Positions 29,800 to 40,744 of a stretch of DNA of 64,000 bases are shown one piece after another. The position numbers and the translations under genes were made by a program. The DNA is from Mayamaea pseudoterrestris. Lineage: Eukaryota. The notes beneath the pieces are model-generated. The model was not told where the DNA came from and ran no database searches. It saw nothing but the letters and a program-made list of their open reading frames with translations. Every line of letters begins with the position of its first letter. Position 1 is the stretch's first letter. Location: the NCBI GenBank assembly GCA_027923505.1, contig BROI01000002.1, positions 1,922,001 through 1,986,000 of the forward strand, given 5' to 3'.

Positions 29800-31569
29800 C
29801 TACGTCTTTCCATCAAACAAAATTTGCTGGAGCTCCTTGATGGAGACCTTGACGAATCGCGAGACACAGTCGTTAATGCCGTACGCAATAATCGCATATT
29901 TTGAATCGCCAGCGGCAAGGGTGATACCACTGACAAAGTGTATACGTGGACAGTCAAACTCTTGTCCAAATGCAAGCTTCCGCCACAGTGTAACCTTTGC
30001 TATCGGCACGGCTTGTTGTTCACGCTCGCTGGGAAAGCCAAAACAAAACAGACCCGACAAGGCGACGATGCGGTATGGCGCAACGTTTTCAAACGCATAC
30101 AGTTGCGATAAATAATGATTGTCAATAATTTTGCTCGCATTGCCGTCGCTGAGTACTGGGAGCCGGCCTTTGCGTTGCGACGGAGTCTTGCTGTGCGAAA
30201 CACCGACCAGTAGATGCTGCCTCGTCTGAGGGTGCTCCATTTCAATGCAGCAAGCGCCCCCTCGGCCTCGCGTGAGCAACACTTGCTCTGGTGCGAGTCG
30301 AGGAAAGTTCAACTCTTCTACCGTGGCAAAACTGCTAGGAATGCTCCGATTTTCGTCAACAATGTGCTCGACTGGATCTTGTTCGCGCTGACAAGGCTCG
30401 TCAATGTTCACGGGTCTACATGTATGCGGCGGTGATGGCCATATCTCAACGAGCATGGATCCAGTAGCATTGGCAAAATAGTTGAAATTTTTGCCGCACA
30501 AACCTCGCGGCTTGGAGCAGGGAGCGCACGACACGAATGGTCGGATGGATGCGGAAAAGGTGCTGGTTGGCGACGCTTCCTGAAATGCTCGAGGAATCAC
30601 AATGGATCCAGCCGGCGCGTCCTGTATCCAAATGGGAGCAATCATATCGTTTGACGCAATGTAAATTTGGCTAATGCTACCCATACTTTGCTTGTCGCTG
30701 TTATTCGTAGTAGCTGTTGGAAGGACAAACAGTCTGTAGTCTTCGACTCCTCCATTTTGAAAGCCTGCCAGCTTGGAAACGTCCAATGTTACGTCATGCA
30801 GTATGTTCATGCTCTCGTCTAGAATAGCCAACCCAAGCCAGTCCTGCGCCTTGGTTTTATGATTTCGCATCATTAATTGTCGATCGAAAGGATGTAGGCA
30901 AAAGTGTCGGTTGGATACGCGAAAGGACGCCAAGTAGACGGCACTTGGCGCGTACGACAACTGGTAAGGCAACACGACTAACGATGGATTGTAGTCAAAC
31001 AAATATTCTCTATTTGGATAGGCATTGCTGTCATTGGTGAAGTAGGCTGTCAAGTTGTGAATTGCAGTGTCTGGAATACGAAACTCGCGTGGCACAGACG
31101 GAAGCCGCATGGTCCATGCATTTTGCGGCGGAGAAAAAATGCGATCATACCTCCAGTACCGCCTGTCAATTGCATTGCATGACCTGCATTGTTTACATTC
31201 AATAAGGTGTTTCTTGGCAATCAATTTCGTCACTTGCTCAATTGTCAGTGACGACGAGTGACTATCTTCAAGCTGCTCATGAATGAGCAATCCACAGCGA
31301 GTCACGGGAGATCCATCCGTTTCGTCATGCACAATGGCATGTCTACATCCAGAGCATATATTGTCTTGGATATAATCATTTCGGCTATGCGGAATCTTCT
31401 TCTGTTGTTTTGACGATGCAGCAAAGATCCGCAAGAGGCTGTCAAATTTGCTCGCGTCGGCTCGTCCAAGTAGTGACGCGTGATGGAGGACCGTCACCAG
31501 ACAGTAAACTGTAACAAATATGAAGAGGAATGCGAGACAAGTTAATTTATCCCGTATCCTTCGCATCAT
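29800..31569 (-). CDS. Type II membrane beta-propeller-like glyco-enzyme (GT91/GH130-like, tentative)
   Basis: N-terminal TM; YNPSLV, EDYRLF, KNFNYF, RGGAC, VGVSH, YAFE..PY, IHFVSGI, IIAYGINDC. Confidence 0.55.
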   Translation of the reverse strand: MMRRIRDKLTCLAFLFIFVTVYCLVTVLHHASLLGRADASKFDSLLRIFAASSKQQKKIPHSRNDYIQDNICSGCRHAIVHDETDGSPVTRCGLLIHEQLEDSHSSSLTIEQVTKLIAKKHLIECKQCRSCNAIDRRYWRYDRIFSPPQNAWTMRLPSVPREFRIPDTAIHNLTAYFTNDSNAYPNREYLFDYNPSLVVLPYQLSYAPSAVYLASFRVSNRHFCLHPFDRQLMMRNHKTKAQDWLGLAILDESMNILHDVTLDVSKLAGFQNGGVEDYRLFVLPTATTNNSDKQSMGSISQIYIASNDMIAPIWIQDAPAGSIVIPRAFQEASPTSTFSASIRPFVSCAPCSKPRGLCGKNFNYFANATGSMLVEIWPSPPHTCRPVNIDEPCQREQDPVEHIVDENRSIPSSFATVEELNFPRLAPEQVLLTRGRGGACCIEMEHPQTRQHLLVGVSHSKTPSQRKGRLPVLSDGNASKIIDNHYLSQLYAFENVAPYRIVALSGLFCFGFPSEREQQAVPIAKVTLWRKLAFGQEFDCPRIHFVSGITLAAGDSKYAIIAYGINDCVSRFVKVSIKELQQILFDGKT

Positions 31570-32073
31570 GCTGCGCTGAGCCTATAGTCTTGTCGACGGC
31601 ATCTCGTCATGGTCGTCGTTTTTGGAACGTAGCGCGAGATGCGTCTGTCACATTATGTCTTTTCAATCCCGCTGCTCGCTCACTATATTTTTGGAGACTG
31701 CCCTTCGTTTTGCCGAGGACTGCAGATGCTAAAGTCGACATTGAATTATTCTATATGGTCCGAGCAACACGACCGTAGATATACCACAGTCCGAGCTAGC
31801 AATATCGGCGCCGTGGCACTATTAGCCGAAAAATTTTGTCATCGAAATGATACAAAGAACGGTTTCCGGTGCTGTCATTGTCAAATTTAACTTCAAAGCA
31901 AAGTGTCAGTAGCTTGTAGGCATAGGGCCGTACTCTTGTATGCATTAGTCAGTAGGCGCAACGTACGTAGCATCGTTCAAGCCCCGCTGCCGTGTGAGAG
32001 GCTCGTCGGAGTTTCAAGCGCCGGTTTGCAATAGTGCAAGCCCGCATGAGCAACTATAAGCTCAAGATATCGC

Positions 32074-32964
32074 TCAAAAATCTTCCTGATACGTCGAATT
32101 CAGCAGCGACGCATGTTCGTTTCCGTTCAGGCGACTCTGCTTGCTAAAGGGCGAGACCGAGTAAAAGGACCATTTGGCAGATACTGGTACTTCCGCCAAT
32201 GCACCGTTATCATTATCAACGCGAACGTCTACCGCAAACAATGCGCGAAACTCTGGATTGGTAGTCCATGTATAAAATAGCAGCGTAGCACTAGCCAGAT
32301 AGACCAATCCGACGACTCCTTCTGCAATGGCTCCAATACCAAAGCAAAGGCTGCTCAACAAGAATATGTATGCAGTCTTGCCCAGTGGATGTCGCAGCAT
32401 ACCAAAGTTCTCTTTCAACCAAACATCCATACTTTGAACATTATATAGGTTCATGCATTCTGTGAGTAGTAGCATGAGCGAAAGAACTGCCAAGTAAATG
32501 CTCAAAATCAATTGACCAAAGTGCGTCACAATCACCAGTCGAGCCAACCAGCTAATCAGAAGCAAGACAATGGAGGCGAGTGCACAAAGTATATTCGCCA
32601 TGCGCAAATGCTCCAGTAGTTCGTGTAGCGCCATGCCAAAGAGGGCATCGTCGTAGCTGTTGGTTAATCCGGTGTTTGGTCGGAGGCTGGCGTCGCCTTG
32701 CGCAAAAAAGGAGCGAACGTCGTAATTCGGCAACTGCTCCTGGTAGTTGCGAATGTGTGGTCGATTGATTGAATGTGATGGAGAATGCAAAGGTGAAATG
32801 AAAGCGTTGCTGCTGCTGCTTTCCACTGCTTGTTGCTGCTGATAGCTGCTGGGGTTTGCCGAGTTTGTGTTGGACGAGGAGGATGGATGCATTAACGGAG
32901 CAGAATCCTGCAGTTGCTGCTGCTGCTGGCTCTTGTCCTTTTTCCTTTTTGACTTTGAAGGCAT
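32074..32964 (-). CDS. COPI-associated / TVP15-like Golgi membrane protein
   Basis: About 4 TM segments; ILSIYL....L.LLTE...NFGML.HPLGK..Y.FL. Confidence 0.65.
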   Translation of the reverse strand: MPSKSKRKKDKSQQQQQLQDSAPLMHPSSSSNTNSANPSSYQQQQAVESSSSNAFISPLHSPSHSINRPHIRNYQEQLPNYDVRSFFAQGDASLRPNTGLTNSYDDALFGMALHELLEHLRMANILCALASIVLLLISWLARLVIVTHFGQLILSIYLAVLSLMLLLTECMNLYNVQSMDVWLKENFGMLRHPLGKTAYIFLLSSLCFGIGAIAEGVVGLVYLASATLLFYTWTTNPEFRALFAVDVRVDNDNGALAEVPVSAKWSFYSVSPFSKQSRLNGNEHASLLNSTYQEDF

Positions 32965-33322
32965 TGCGATTCAGTTTGGTTGTAAAATTTTAGATCGATT
33001 AGCAACGAAGAGTCAAAATTAATGTGAGAAGTGTGTGGTCTCGGCTCGAAATGAATTCTGCGATAAAAATGAGCAAAATGTCGCACGGTTCTGACCAGCT
33101 ATGTGCACTTTAACAGCACGACGATACCGGTACGTACGTGTACCAGCAGCGCAGTGACAAACTTCTTTCTTAACAACTCTATACCATAGAAATGACGTAC
33201 TATAATTTGCTCATTAATGTATTTTAAGGCAAGCTAGTAGGTATCAATGTGCGTCGCCGCGACTTAGGCAAGATTGTCAGCGGCAAAAATAAGCGCTTGG
33301 CTTCCCATGAACCATAACATTT

Positions 33323-36300
33323 TCAACTTTGAGCCAAAGCTTCATTTATTGCGTCAATAGGAATTTGCTTGTAGCCAAAAATGTTCATGAGCTCAGGATC
33401 CAAGGCGGTCTGTAAATAGATTGCTTCATCGGCCGTCAGCCCGTCGAATCGACCGTCGGCTCGTCCATACTTGGCCAAGGCTGTCACAAAATCCGCAGGA
33501 TCGCCATGATTCTTGACAGAATCGAGAACGTACTTGTACGGATTCTTCATTGAGACACCGACGCAGTCTGTTATGATTTGCATAACTTTTTCTGGATGAA
33601 ACAGTAGATCTTCAAATCGAATCATGAGTCGAGGGCGAAATGTATCAAGATAGAGGCGGTTCCAATCGGACCAAAATGTGGCAAGAGACTCGTGTTTCTC
33701 CTGATAGATATCTCGTATAACTTGATTCACCTCAAACGTAGGCGTGGTTACATTTTGTAGCAATTGCCGCTCCTGCTCGGTCGGAATCAAATTCGGGCAT
33801 CGACCGTTGACGCCTTTGGACCAAGCTGCGTTATATCCATTTTTACACATGGATCGCATCCATCGATAAGGGTCTCTCACCAGCGCAATAGGAAGCGAGC
33901 GACGAAGTTCCTCAATGGTAAAATCGTCAAAGTAGCGGGTATCGTAAAGCCATCTATCGCGAGCTGGAACATGTTTCCGGGAGGCAACATTGTATAACTT
34001 GTGATCATCAATGTGTTCGAAGTTTAGGCTGAGTGATTGGGCCAAGGCATTTGTTCCCGTGTTGAAGAGACCGGCAACGCGGGGAGCTGGCTCGATAGCC
34101 GTGCCATTGTTCATTTCAGGTGAGAGGCTACGGCGATATCTTGCACAAGTCTCTCTTCCATACACCACAGGTTCATGACCATACAGCGCGGCAACCTCTT
34201 CCCATGTTGGAAGACTCACACAGTGATCCTTTGTTATATCGGTCAAACCTGCGCGTATGAGAATCGCCACGAGCTCTTCCTTGCCACTGCACTCGCCCAG
34301 CCTTGAGACTACAGTGTTAACATCCACACTGACGTCCCGTCCTTTTTTGTCTGCACTTGACGTTGGCTTATTTACTTTTGGCGTTACGACTGAAGGGTAC
34401 TGAAAGACTCGAAGCAATTGAGGATCAAGCGCTTTTGACGCATACTCAATGTCGTTAGCAAGGAATCCGTCATGCCGCTCACCCTTGCGGCCAATCTCAG
34501 TCAGTGCCGCAAAAATATCAGCGGCGTCAGCATTCTGCTTAGCATTCACCGCTGGGTACCTGTACGGATGTGAGGCGTCCATGCCTACACATTGAGCGAC
34601 AAGTTGCGTCACCTTCTCGGCATGAAACAGCAAGTCCTCGACACGAACCATTAGACGAGGAAAGGCTGCATTCGCGTACTCCATGTTCCAATCGGTCCAT
34701 ATGTCTGCCAAAGATACATTACGCTCGTCCATGTTGCGATCTACCATCAAGTTAAATGTTTCAAAGTGCTGGTATTCGAGCAGTAAGTTTTCTATGTCGC
34801 TTGGGACGAGGTTTGGACATCTTACATCCTCTCCTCGCTGCCAAGTCGTCACAGTAGGCGCACGGCACAAGCTGTTCATCCACCGCAGAGGATCTCGCAA
34901 GACCACAATGGGCATGATATATTTTGTATCTTTGAGCGTGTGGTCACCAGGTTGATTGTTTGTAAACTTCCTTGATGCTAAGAATTGTTTTCCGCCCGAG
35001 TGATCGTGCTCTGCATGGGTCGCTAATGTATGTGCATTATAATGCAATGCCATTTCCAACATGTCTGTGCCAGCGTTACACAGGCCTGTCGCTCGAGGGG
35101 CCGGTGCATGAGCAGTGCCTCCGTTTGCTTCGGCCGAAATTTGATAACGATAACGCTCACAGGAATCAAGACCATACACCACTGGTTCTTCTCCGTATAA
35201 CTCAGTTACCTCCTTCCAAGTTGGAAGTATTTCGCATGTATTCGCCGTAAACTCGTCGTATCCATTATTCTGCAGAATTTCGAGCAAGCGCTCCTTGCCT
35301 TTGCAATTGGGATGTCGGAAAATTAAATCGAATGTGCTGCGATGGCCGCCCGCGTCATTCATTTCTTGTTCGTTACTGATACTTTCTGCATCGGCTAAAG
35401 AATTATCCACAGTCGCAATATCAGTCGTCTCCATCTCGGTCTCATTCCAAGGCGCCTTTTTGTAGTTAAACACTTGCAGCAGCTTCGGATCAATGGACGT
35501 CCGTAGGTACTCTATATCTTGCGGCTCTAAACTATTGTATCGTCCTTCCGCTCGTCCATACTTACCCATTGCTTGGGTGAAGCTTGTGCTAGTTTTGGTA
35601 TTTTTGGCAGCTTCAACATGGTATTTGAAGGCAGACGCGTTGTAGAAGTCTAGTCCGGCGCATTTTGCGATTAGCGCCGTCACTTGGTCGGCGTGAAAGA
35701 GCGTATCTTCAAACCGAATGATCAGTCGCGGATAATCAGCATCCAGCCAGAGGCGATACCAGGTGCTATACATGTGCGACAGAGAGTCGTAGTGATCCCA
35801 AAACTGCTTGTTCTTCATGGAAACATTGACTGGAAATGTATCTGAATATTGTTGCATAGTTTCCTTTTCGCGCGCATTCAACACAAGGTTTGGACATCGA
35901 CCATCAATTCCCTTGCTCCACTTTGCCGCGTAGCCGTCACGGCACATGGATTGTAGCCATCGAAAAGGATCCCGGATCAACGTAACTGGTAGTACGTATT
36001 TGCGTCCCTCCATGTCCGGATAGGTTGCCAAGTATTCCCTGGTAGGCGCCACATGCTTGCCGCCTGGAACATCCTGATCATGGTAGTGCTCCACTGGTTG
36101 AAAGTTAATGTTGAAGGATTGTGCGAGTGCGTTTGTTCCTGTGTTGTAAAGTCCTGCAACGCGAGGTGCTGGTTGGATCGTTCCATTCGTTCCAGCGATT
36201 ATCTGTTGATATCGTTCGCACGTGTCGAGACCGTAGACGACAGGTACATCGCCGTACAGATCCGTGACTTCTGACCATTTTGGAAGTGCCATGCAATCGT

Positions 36301-36820
36301 TGAGTGAAACTTCGAGTCCAGAATGCAGCAAAATTTCAAGGAGACGTTCCTTGTCGTGACATCGAACTGGGTATTGTTGAACCAGTGCCTCTATTATTGG
36401 GTCGTATCCAGCCTGTAGCCTTTCTTGCACGTACAAGGCTACATTCTTTGTCGTTGCAGGTGTTTCTGAAAACGTTACATCCGTTCTTACAGCCTCGAGT
36501 GATCGTGGTAGAAATTGATGAAAGCCATCTAGCAAGGGAAGAAGCACCATGAGCGGCAACATGATAACTTGCCATCTTTTTTGACGCCAGCAATCCCATT
36601 GATTTGCTCTCCTATTTTCTTTTCGTCTCATACTCTTGACGTCATAATCTATCGGTTGATGCATCATGCTCTTATCGATCGGAACGAATGCAGCGCCATT
36701 GTGATGATGTGCGTCTCTCGCATCGCCGTCGCATGTCGCTGTTGGTGCGGATGGTGCGAGCCGGGCGAGCCTGCGAGTGCGTCGCCCGGACATGGCGCAA
36801 CTTGGCCATCTATCGGACAT
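33323..36820 (-). CDS. Type II membrane protein with three tandem sulfotransferase-like domains
   Basis: Three repeats of C.GKE.L...LP.W.EV..LYG..PVVYG...PR..GL.N.GT...RDP.RW..S.C...CPNL...PRL..RFED.LFH. Confidence 0.8.
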   Translation of the reverse strand: MSDRWPSCAMSGRRTRRLARLAPSAPTATCDGDARDAHHHNGAAFVPIDKSMMHQPIDYDVKSMRRKENRRANQWDCWRQKRWQVIMLPLMVLLPLLDGFHQFLPRSLEAVRTDVTFSETPATTKNVALYVQERLQAGYDPIIEALVQQYPVRCHDKERLLEILLHSGLEVSLNDCMALPKWSEVTDLYGDVPVVYGLDTCERYQQIIAGTNGTIQPAPRVAGLYNTGTNALAQSFNINFQPVEHYHDQDVPGGKHVAPTREYLATYPDMEGRKYVLPVTLIRDPFRWLQSMCRDGYAAKWSKGIDGRCPNLVLNAREKETMQQYSDTFPVNVSMKNKQFWDHYDSLSHMYSTWYRLWLDADYPRLIIRFEDTLFHADQVTALIAKCAGLDFYNASAFKYHVEAAKNTKTSTSFTQAMGKYGRAEGRYNSLEPQDIEYLRTSIDPKLLQVFNYKKAPWNETEMETTDIATVDNSLADAESISNEQEMNDAGGHRSTFDLIFRHPNCKGKERLLEILQNNGYDEFTANTCEILPTWKEVTELYGEEPVVYGLDSCERYRYQISAEANGGTAHAPAPRATGLCNAGTDMLEMALHYNAHTLATHAEHDHSGGKQFLASRKFTNNQPGDHTLKDTKYIMPIVVLRDPLRWMNSLCRAPTVTTWQRGEDVRCPNLVPSDIENLLLEYQHFETFNLMVDRNMDERNVSLADIWTDWNMEYANAAFPRLMVRVEDLLFHAEKVTQLVAQCVGMDASHPYRYPAVNAKQNADAADIFAALTEIGRKGERHDGFLANDIEYASKALDPQLLRVFQYPSVVTPKVNKPTSSADKKGRDVSVDVNTVVSRLGECSGKEELVAILIRAGLTDITKDHCVSLPTWEEVAALYGHEPVVYGRETCARYRRSLSPEMNNGTAIEPAPRVAGLFNTGTNALAQSLSLNFEHIDDHKLYNVASRKHVPARDRWLYDTRYFDDFTIEELRRSLPIALVRDPYRWMRSMCKNGYNAAWSKGVNGRCPNLIPTEQERQLLQNVTTPTFEVNQVIRDIYQEKHESLATFWSDWNRLYLDTFRPRLMIRFEDLLFHPEKVMQIITDCVGVSMKNPYKYVLDSVKNHGDPADFVTALAKYGRADGRFDGLTADEAIYLQTALDPELMNIFGYKQIPIDAINEALAQS

Positions 36821-37089
36821 TTTTGCAAAAGCATTACCAGACGATTATCGGTTGCTGTTCTAAGGTTACAAAGCATAATAAGATATACATTGTCAGTTAA
36901 TGGTAAGCAAATCCATATGTTTTTCATGCGGTTCCGACTGGCCGGTGTGGAGCTCTTAACTGGGCAAACACTACCGGTAGTCACAGTCTGTTCATACCTG
37001 CTGGATGTAAGGCGTGCCTCATTCAAGCAGACCAATGATCGACATTCGTTTCAAAATACTTTGCAGTGCTCTCGCATAGCTAGCTTTTT

Positions 37090-38295
37090 TCAGTTGACCT
37101 GAGTTTCGTCCGATGCATTTGCTGCGAGCGACAGCATTTCCTTTGCTGATTCTGCAACCGCCACTTGCGGGTAGTGAAACATGCGCATGACCTCTTGATC
37201 GAGCGCCGTTTGCGCGTAGACTCGATCCTGTGCTTGTAGTCCAGCATCTCGGCCGTCAGCTCGTCCGTACTTTGCCAATGCCTCCAGAAAATCCGTCGAT
37301 TTTCCATGATGCTTGCTGGCATCTAGATGATTCCTCACCCTTTTCTGTAACGGTCGGCCAATGCAATCCATAATGCTTTCCATAACTTGGTCGGCGTGGA
37401 AGAGCGTGTCTTCGAAACGTATAATGAGTCGAGGAAACGTTGCATTAACATAGAGCTTGTACCATTCGCTCCACATGTCCGCCAGCGAATCATACTCCTC
37501 CATGTAAAAGGTGCGATTCAACGTCACCCGAAACGTTGCTGCGTTGCGCAAGCGGTTCATCTTTGATTCGTCGCTGTTTGGGACCAAGTTGGGGCAGCGT
37601 CTGTCCAAACCTTTTAGCCATCTCGCCTTGTAGTGCGACTTGCACATTGATTTCATCCATCGAAACGGATCACGGATTAACGCAATCACAAAAGCGTCGA
37701 CATGATCGCCCGTTTCGTTCCGTGGCGAGTTGGACCAATTCTTGTACTTCAATGATGTATGCTTGCCGTTTGGTGCAGTGTAATCGTGACGGTCTTTCAT
37801 TTCAAAATTGAGCTGTAGCAGCTCGACAAAGGCGTTGGTGCCAGTGTTGAACAAGCCAGCCACTCGAGGATCTGGTTCTCGTCCCTGCAAACTATCGCGA
37901 TAGGCTTGGCATGTTTCAAGTCCACGTATGATTGGTTTGTCGCCGTACAAATCGGTCACTTGTTGCCACGTTGGAAGCATCTCGCAGTCGGAAAGACTCA
38001 AGTCGCGTTTACCAGCCCGATGCAGTATACCAAGTAGTCGCTCCTTGCCCTCGCATTCTGGCTCTAGCAATAATTCCGTCTGCAAAAAGTTGTTAATGAT
38101 GGAAACGTTCTTTCTGAGTACGAGTGATGATTGATTTGCAACTTGAAGACTGCGAGGCGAAAACCTCATGAGATCGGTTGTCCAAAGGAAAAAGACCGGT
38201 ACAAATATGCAAACTGTAAACCGTGCTTTATTGATCGCGCAGCATGATGACGATAATATTGAAAGTGGCATGGAATTTCTAGAGTTAGTGCCCAT
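37090..38295 (-). CDS. Single-domain sulfotransferase-like paralog
   Basis: Same motif set: PRVAGLFNTGTN, RDPFRWMKSMC, PRLIIRFEDTLFH; TM anchor. Confidence 0.8.
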   Translation of the reverse strand: MGTNSRNSMPLSILSSSCCAINKARFTVCIFVPVFFLWTTDLMRFSPRSLQVANQSSLVLRKNVSIINNFLQTELLLEPECEGKERLLGILHRAGKRDLSLSDCEMLPTWQQVTDLYGDKPIIRGLETCQAYRDSLQGREPDPRVAGLFNTGTNAFVELLQLNFEMKDRHDYTAPNGKHTSLKYKNWSNSPRNETGDHVDAFVIALIRDPFRWMKSMCKSHYKARWLKGLDRRCPNLVPNSDESKMNRLRNAATFRVTLNRTFYMEEYDSLADMWSEWYKLYVNATFPRLIIRFEDTLFHADQVMESIMDCIGRPLQKRVRNHLDASKHHGKSTDFLEALAKYGRADGRDAGLQAQDRVYAQTALDQEVMRMFHYPQVAVAESAKEMLSLAANASDETQVN

Positions 38296-38797
38296 GGTCT
38301 TGCTGTGGTGAAGGAGGTGCAGTCAATTTTGAATTGATGCGTCGTCGCTGGCTCGGCACTGGTCATTCAAAATGATGCGTGAGCGGTTTGATTGGCTGCA
38401 CTACATGCGAGCCGGCGAAGGATACGTTTCCCGTCCTCTCCTCGTTTTGGCGGCAGACGTTAGCTATTGGTACCTTGTACAGTACGTACAATGCAAACGA
38501 GTTTGAATTAAAAAATACTATAAAGGTATACGTTATGACGTATTTAATAAGCTGGACGTGACTCTGGGTAAGACAAGCGATGGCTAAGTGAGTTTCATGA
38601 TTGTTCCAGAGCTTTGCGCGAAGAGCGATGCATGATATAAGCAAGCCATTCGTATTAATCGCTTGGGTCAATATTGGCTCGAACAACGCACTGATGAAAC
38701 TCATGGTTATCAAGATTATACTCAGTTACTATACAGTTCTGCCGTTTTGCAACGAAAAGCACGAAATTTGACGCACCTCTGTTGCCTCAAACACATA

Positions 38798-39226
38798 TTA
38801 CTTGGATGCATCCGTGACGGTTCGGATCGATGCTCGTAACGCCGACAAAGCCAGCGTCATGTCGTCAATTGTCATGGATTGTGTTTGTAGCACGCCATTC
38901 GGGTGAACGACGGGTGTTGATGAAATGGACGAAATGATTCGCTTGGTTCGTCGAATGTGCTCCTCCAGCAATGGAAGCAACCGACGATTGGCATCTCCAC
39001 TTTGCAATAAATGCGCATATGCATCGTCTATAGCCTTGGTTGAATCTTGAAGCGCATATAGGGCGCGTTGATACTGCAGAGTCGCTTGGACGACGCTGGT
39101 GGCGTTGTCTTCACGGATAGCCGACTGACCGTCACGTTGAAGTGCATTTCGAAGCGTCGTCTGTGCATTAATGTATTCTTGCGTCGCTTGAAATTGGTCG
39201 TTTAATAGATTGATAGGCAAAACCAT
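38798..39226 (-). CDS. Hypothetical helical protein (142 aa)
   Basis: ATG-started ORF with protein-like composition; no motif recognised. Confidence 0.45.
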   Translation of the reverse strand: MVLPINLLNDQFQATQEYINAQTTLRNALQRDGQSAIREDNATSVVQATLQYQRALYALQDSTKAIDDAYAHLLQSGDANRRLLPLLEEHIRRTKRIISSISSTPVVHPNGVLQTQSMTIDDMTLALSALRASIRTVTDASK

Positions 39227-39525
39227 GCGACGCTGATTAGATCCGGCAAGGGTCAGATCAAAGGAAGCGCCTCACAAGAGCAAGTGGGGTAAGTGGGGGT
39301 GGCCGAAACGATAAGTGCCGATACGATTCATTAGTGCCGATACGAATCATTTACATTTTAACTATGCATTCGGCACCAATGGATTACCAGTGGAAGGACA
39401 GCTTTCGATGCCGTAAGTTTAGGGCGTGCGCCAAATATGTCCTACCAGTAAACAATGTAGTCATTAACCTTCGCATACCTCAAGTTTACCATACTATCCA
39501 TCACTGAACTTCCTTTCTGGCCACT

Positions 39526-40542
39526 TTAGTCCCTATCCCACCATGGATCGTAGTTATCCTCGTCGTCATAATAACCACCATAGTATCGACGCCCATAGCT
39601 GCCATACATATCGTATTGACCAAAGTCGTAAGGCGGGACATGGTCAGAGTCGTAGTCCAAATCGTCATCAATGTCGGAATAATTTCCATCCTCGTTATCG
39701 AAGTGAATATCATCTCCTGCATCCACACGTAGGCGATCGCGAATGATTGCAAGACCTTGCTCAAGTTGCGGATGGATTTCGTCCTGCTGTTCAGTCATTC
39801 GTAGCTCCATGTAATTAATCGAGCTTTCAAAAGACTTCCTTAAGATCTTGAAGATGTACTCAGATCGATCCATAGCTAAAGCATCATCCAAAGTCGCGAG
39901 GAGTATATCTACTAGCCCAGTATCGACGAGCTGATCAAAAAATTGCTGTGACCATGGGCCAGAATCGACAGCAAGAAAAATGGTATCAGCCGAGTAGAAG
40001 ATGGAAGCACTCAGTAACGTGACAAACCCCATTCCATGCGGATAGATTTGTCGTCGCGCTGACTCAATGAATGCACCATTGGTACATGTAAGAACTTTAC
40101 AAATGAAGTCTTCGTGTTCGAGTTTGAGTGCCAAGAATGATAGAGCCGCCATTGCATTCAACATGAAGAGATCGTCATGGCGATAAAAGCTTACGTACTG
40201 CGCGACTTCCTGAATACGAATGTCTTTTGATTCAGTTTTCTGGACATTTCCGAACGACTTTCCAATCATCAAGATGCGTTCGATAACATCCTGTACGAGG
40301 TAGTCATTGTATCGATCCACGATGGCGCGAGTGATTCCAGACTCTGGAAACTGGCGATTGCAGCACATTGCAGTTGTTTCGATCTGAAGAGCAACGTCAA
40401 TAGGCTTGTCATCGTACGCCCTCGTCGGCACGGCTTCTTCCGTCGCCAGTATCGATTGAAAGTCCACGACAATCATCGGCAAATTGTCAAACATGGGCTT
40501 GACAGCACTCATATCATATCGAAACATATTGCAACTAAACAC
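39526..40542 (-). CDS. Uncharacterised protein with an Asp/Tyr-rich tail; paralog of 41003-41932 (start uncertain)
   Basis: Shared PIDV..QIET.AM, VQ.I.QY...YR, LNAMAALS, ARRQ.YP.G.GFV.LLS, GLVD.LL, YD.WW. Confidence 0.7.
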   Translation of the reverse strand: MFSCNMFRYDMSAVKPMFDNLPMIVVDFQSILATEEAVPTRAYDDKPIDVALQIETTAMCCNRQFPESGITRAIVDRYNDYLVQDVIERILMIGKSFGNVQKTESKDIRIQEVAQYVSFYRHDDLFMLNAMAALSFLALKLEHEDFICKVLTCTNGAFIESARRQIYPHGMGFVTLLSASIFYSADTIFLAVDSGPWSQQFFDQLVDTGLVDILLATLDDALAMDRSEYIFKILRKSFESSINYMELRMTEQQDEIHPQLEQGLAIIRDRLRVDAGDDIHFDNEDGNYSDIDDDLDYDSDHVPPYDFGQYDMYGSYGRRYYGGYYDDEDNYDPWWDRD

Positions 40543-40695
40543 CTGAACTCAAATATAGACACAGAAGACTTCTGTTTGTCTATGCATGTTTAAAGATAGT
40601 ACAAGTAGTGTTTGTTGGGGTTGCCTGCTGATGGTTTACACCAAAACCATCACCGCTTTTTGCGGCCGAATTCACAGTCCAAGCTTCGCGAGTCG

Positions 40696-40744
40696 CGAGA
40701 TCATCGTCGAAACGGACATGTCGCAGTAGTACCGGTGCGTCATT
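40696..40744. promoter_or_regulatory. Conserved upstream element, copy 1
   Basis: CGAGATCATCGTCGAAACGGAC and GTACCGGTGCGTCATT are identical to blocks at 42140-42187. Confidence 0.55.

Noticed and set aside
39314..39351. CRISPR-like repeat
   Set aside because: Only two abutting units, no spacers, no cas genes and a eukaryotic context.
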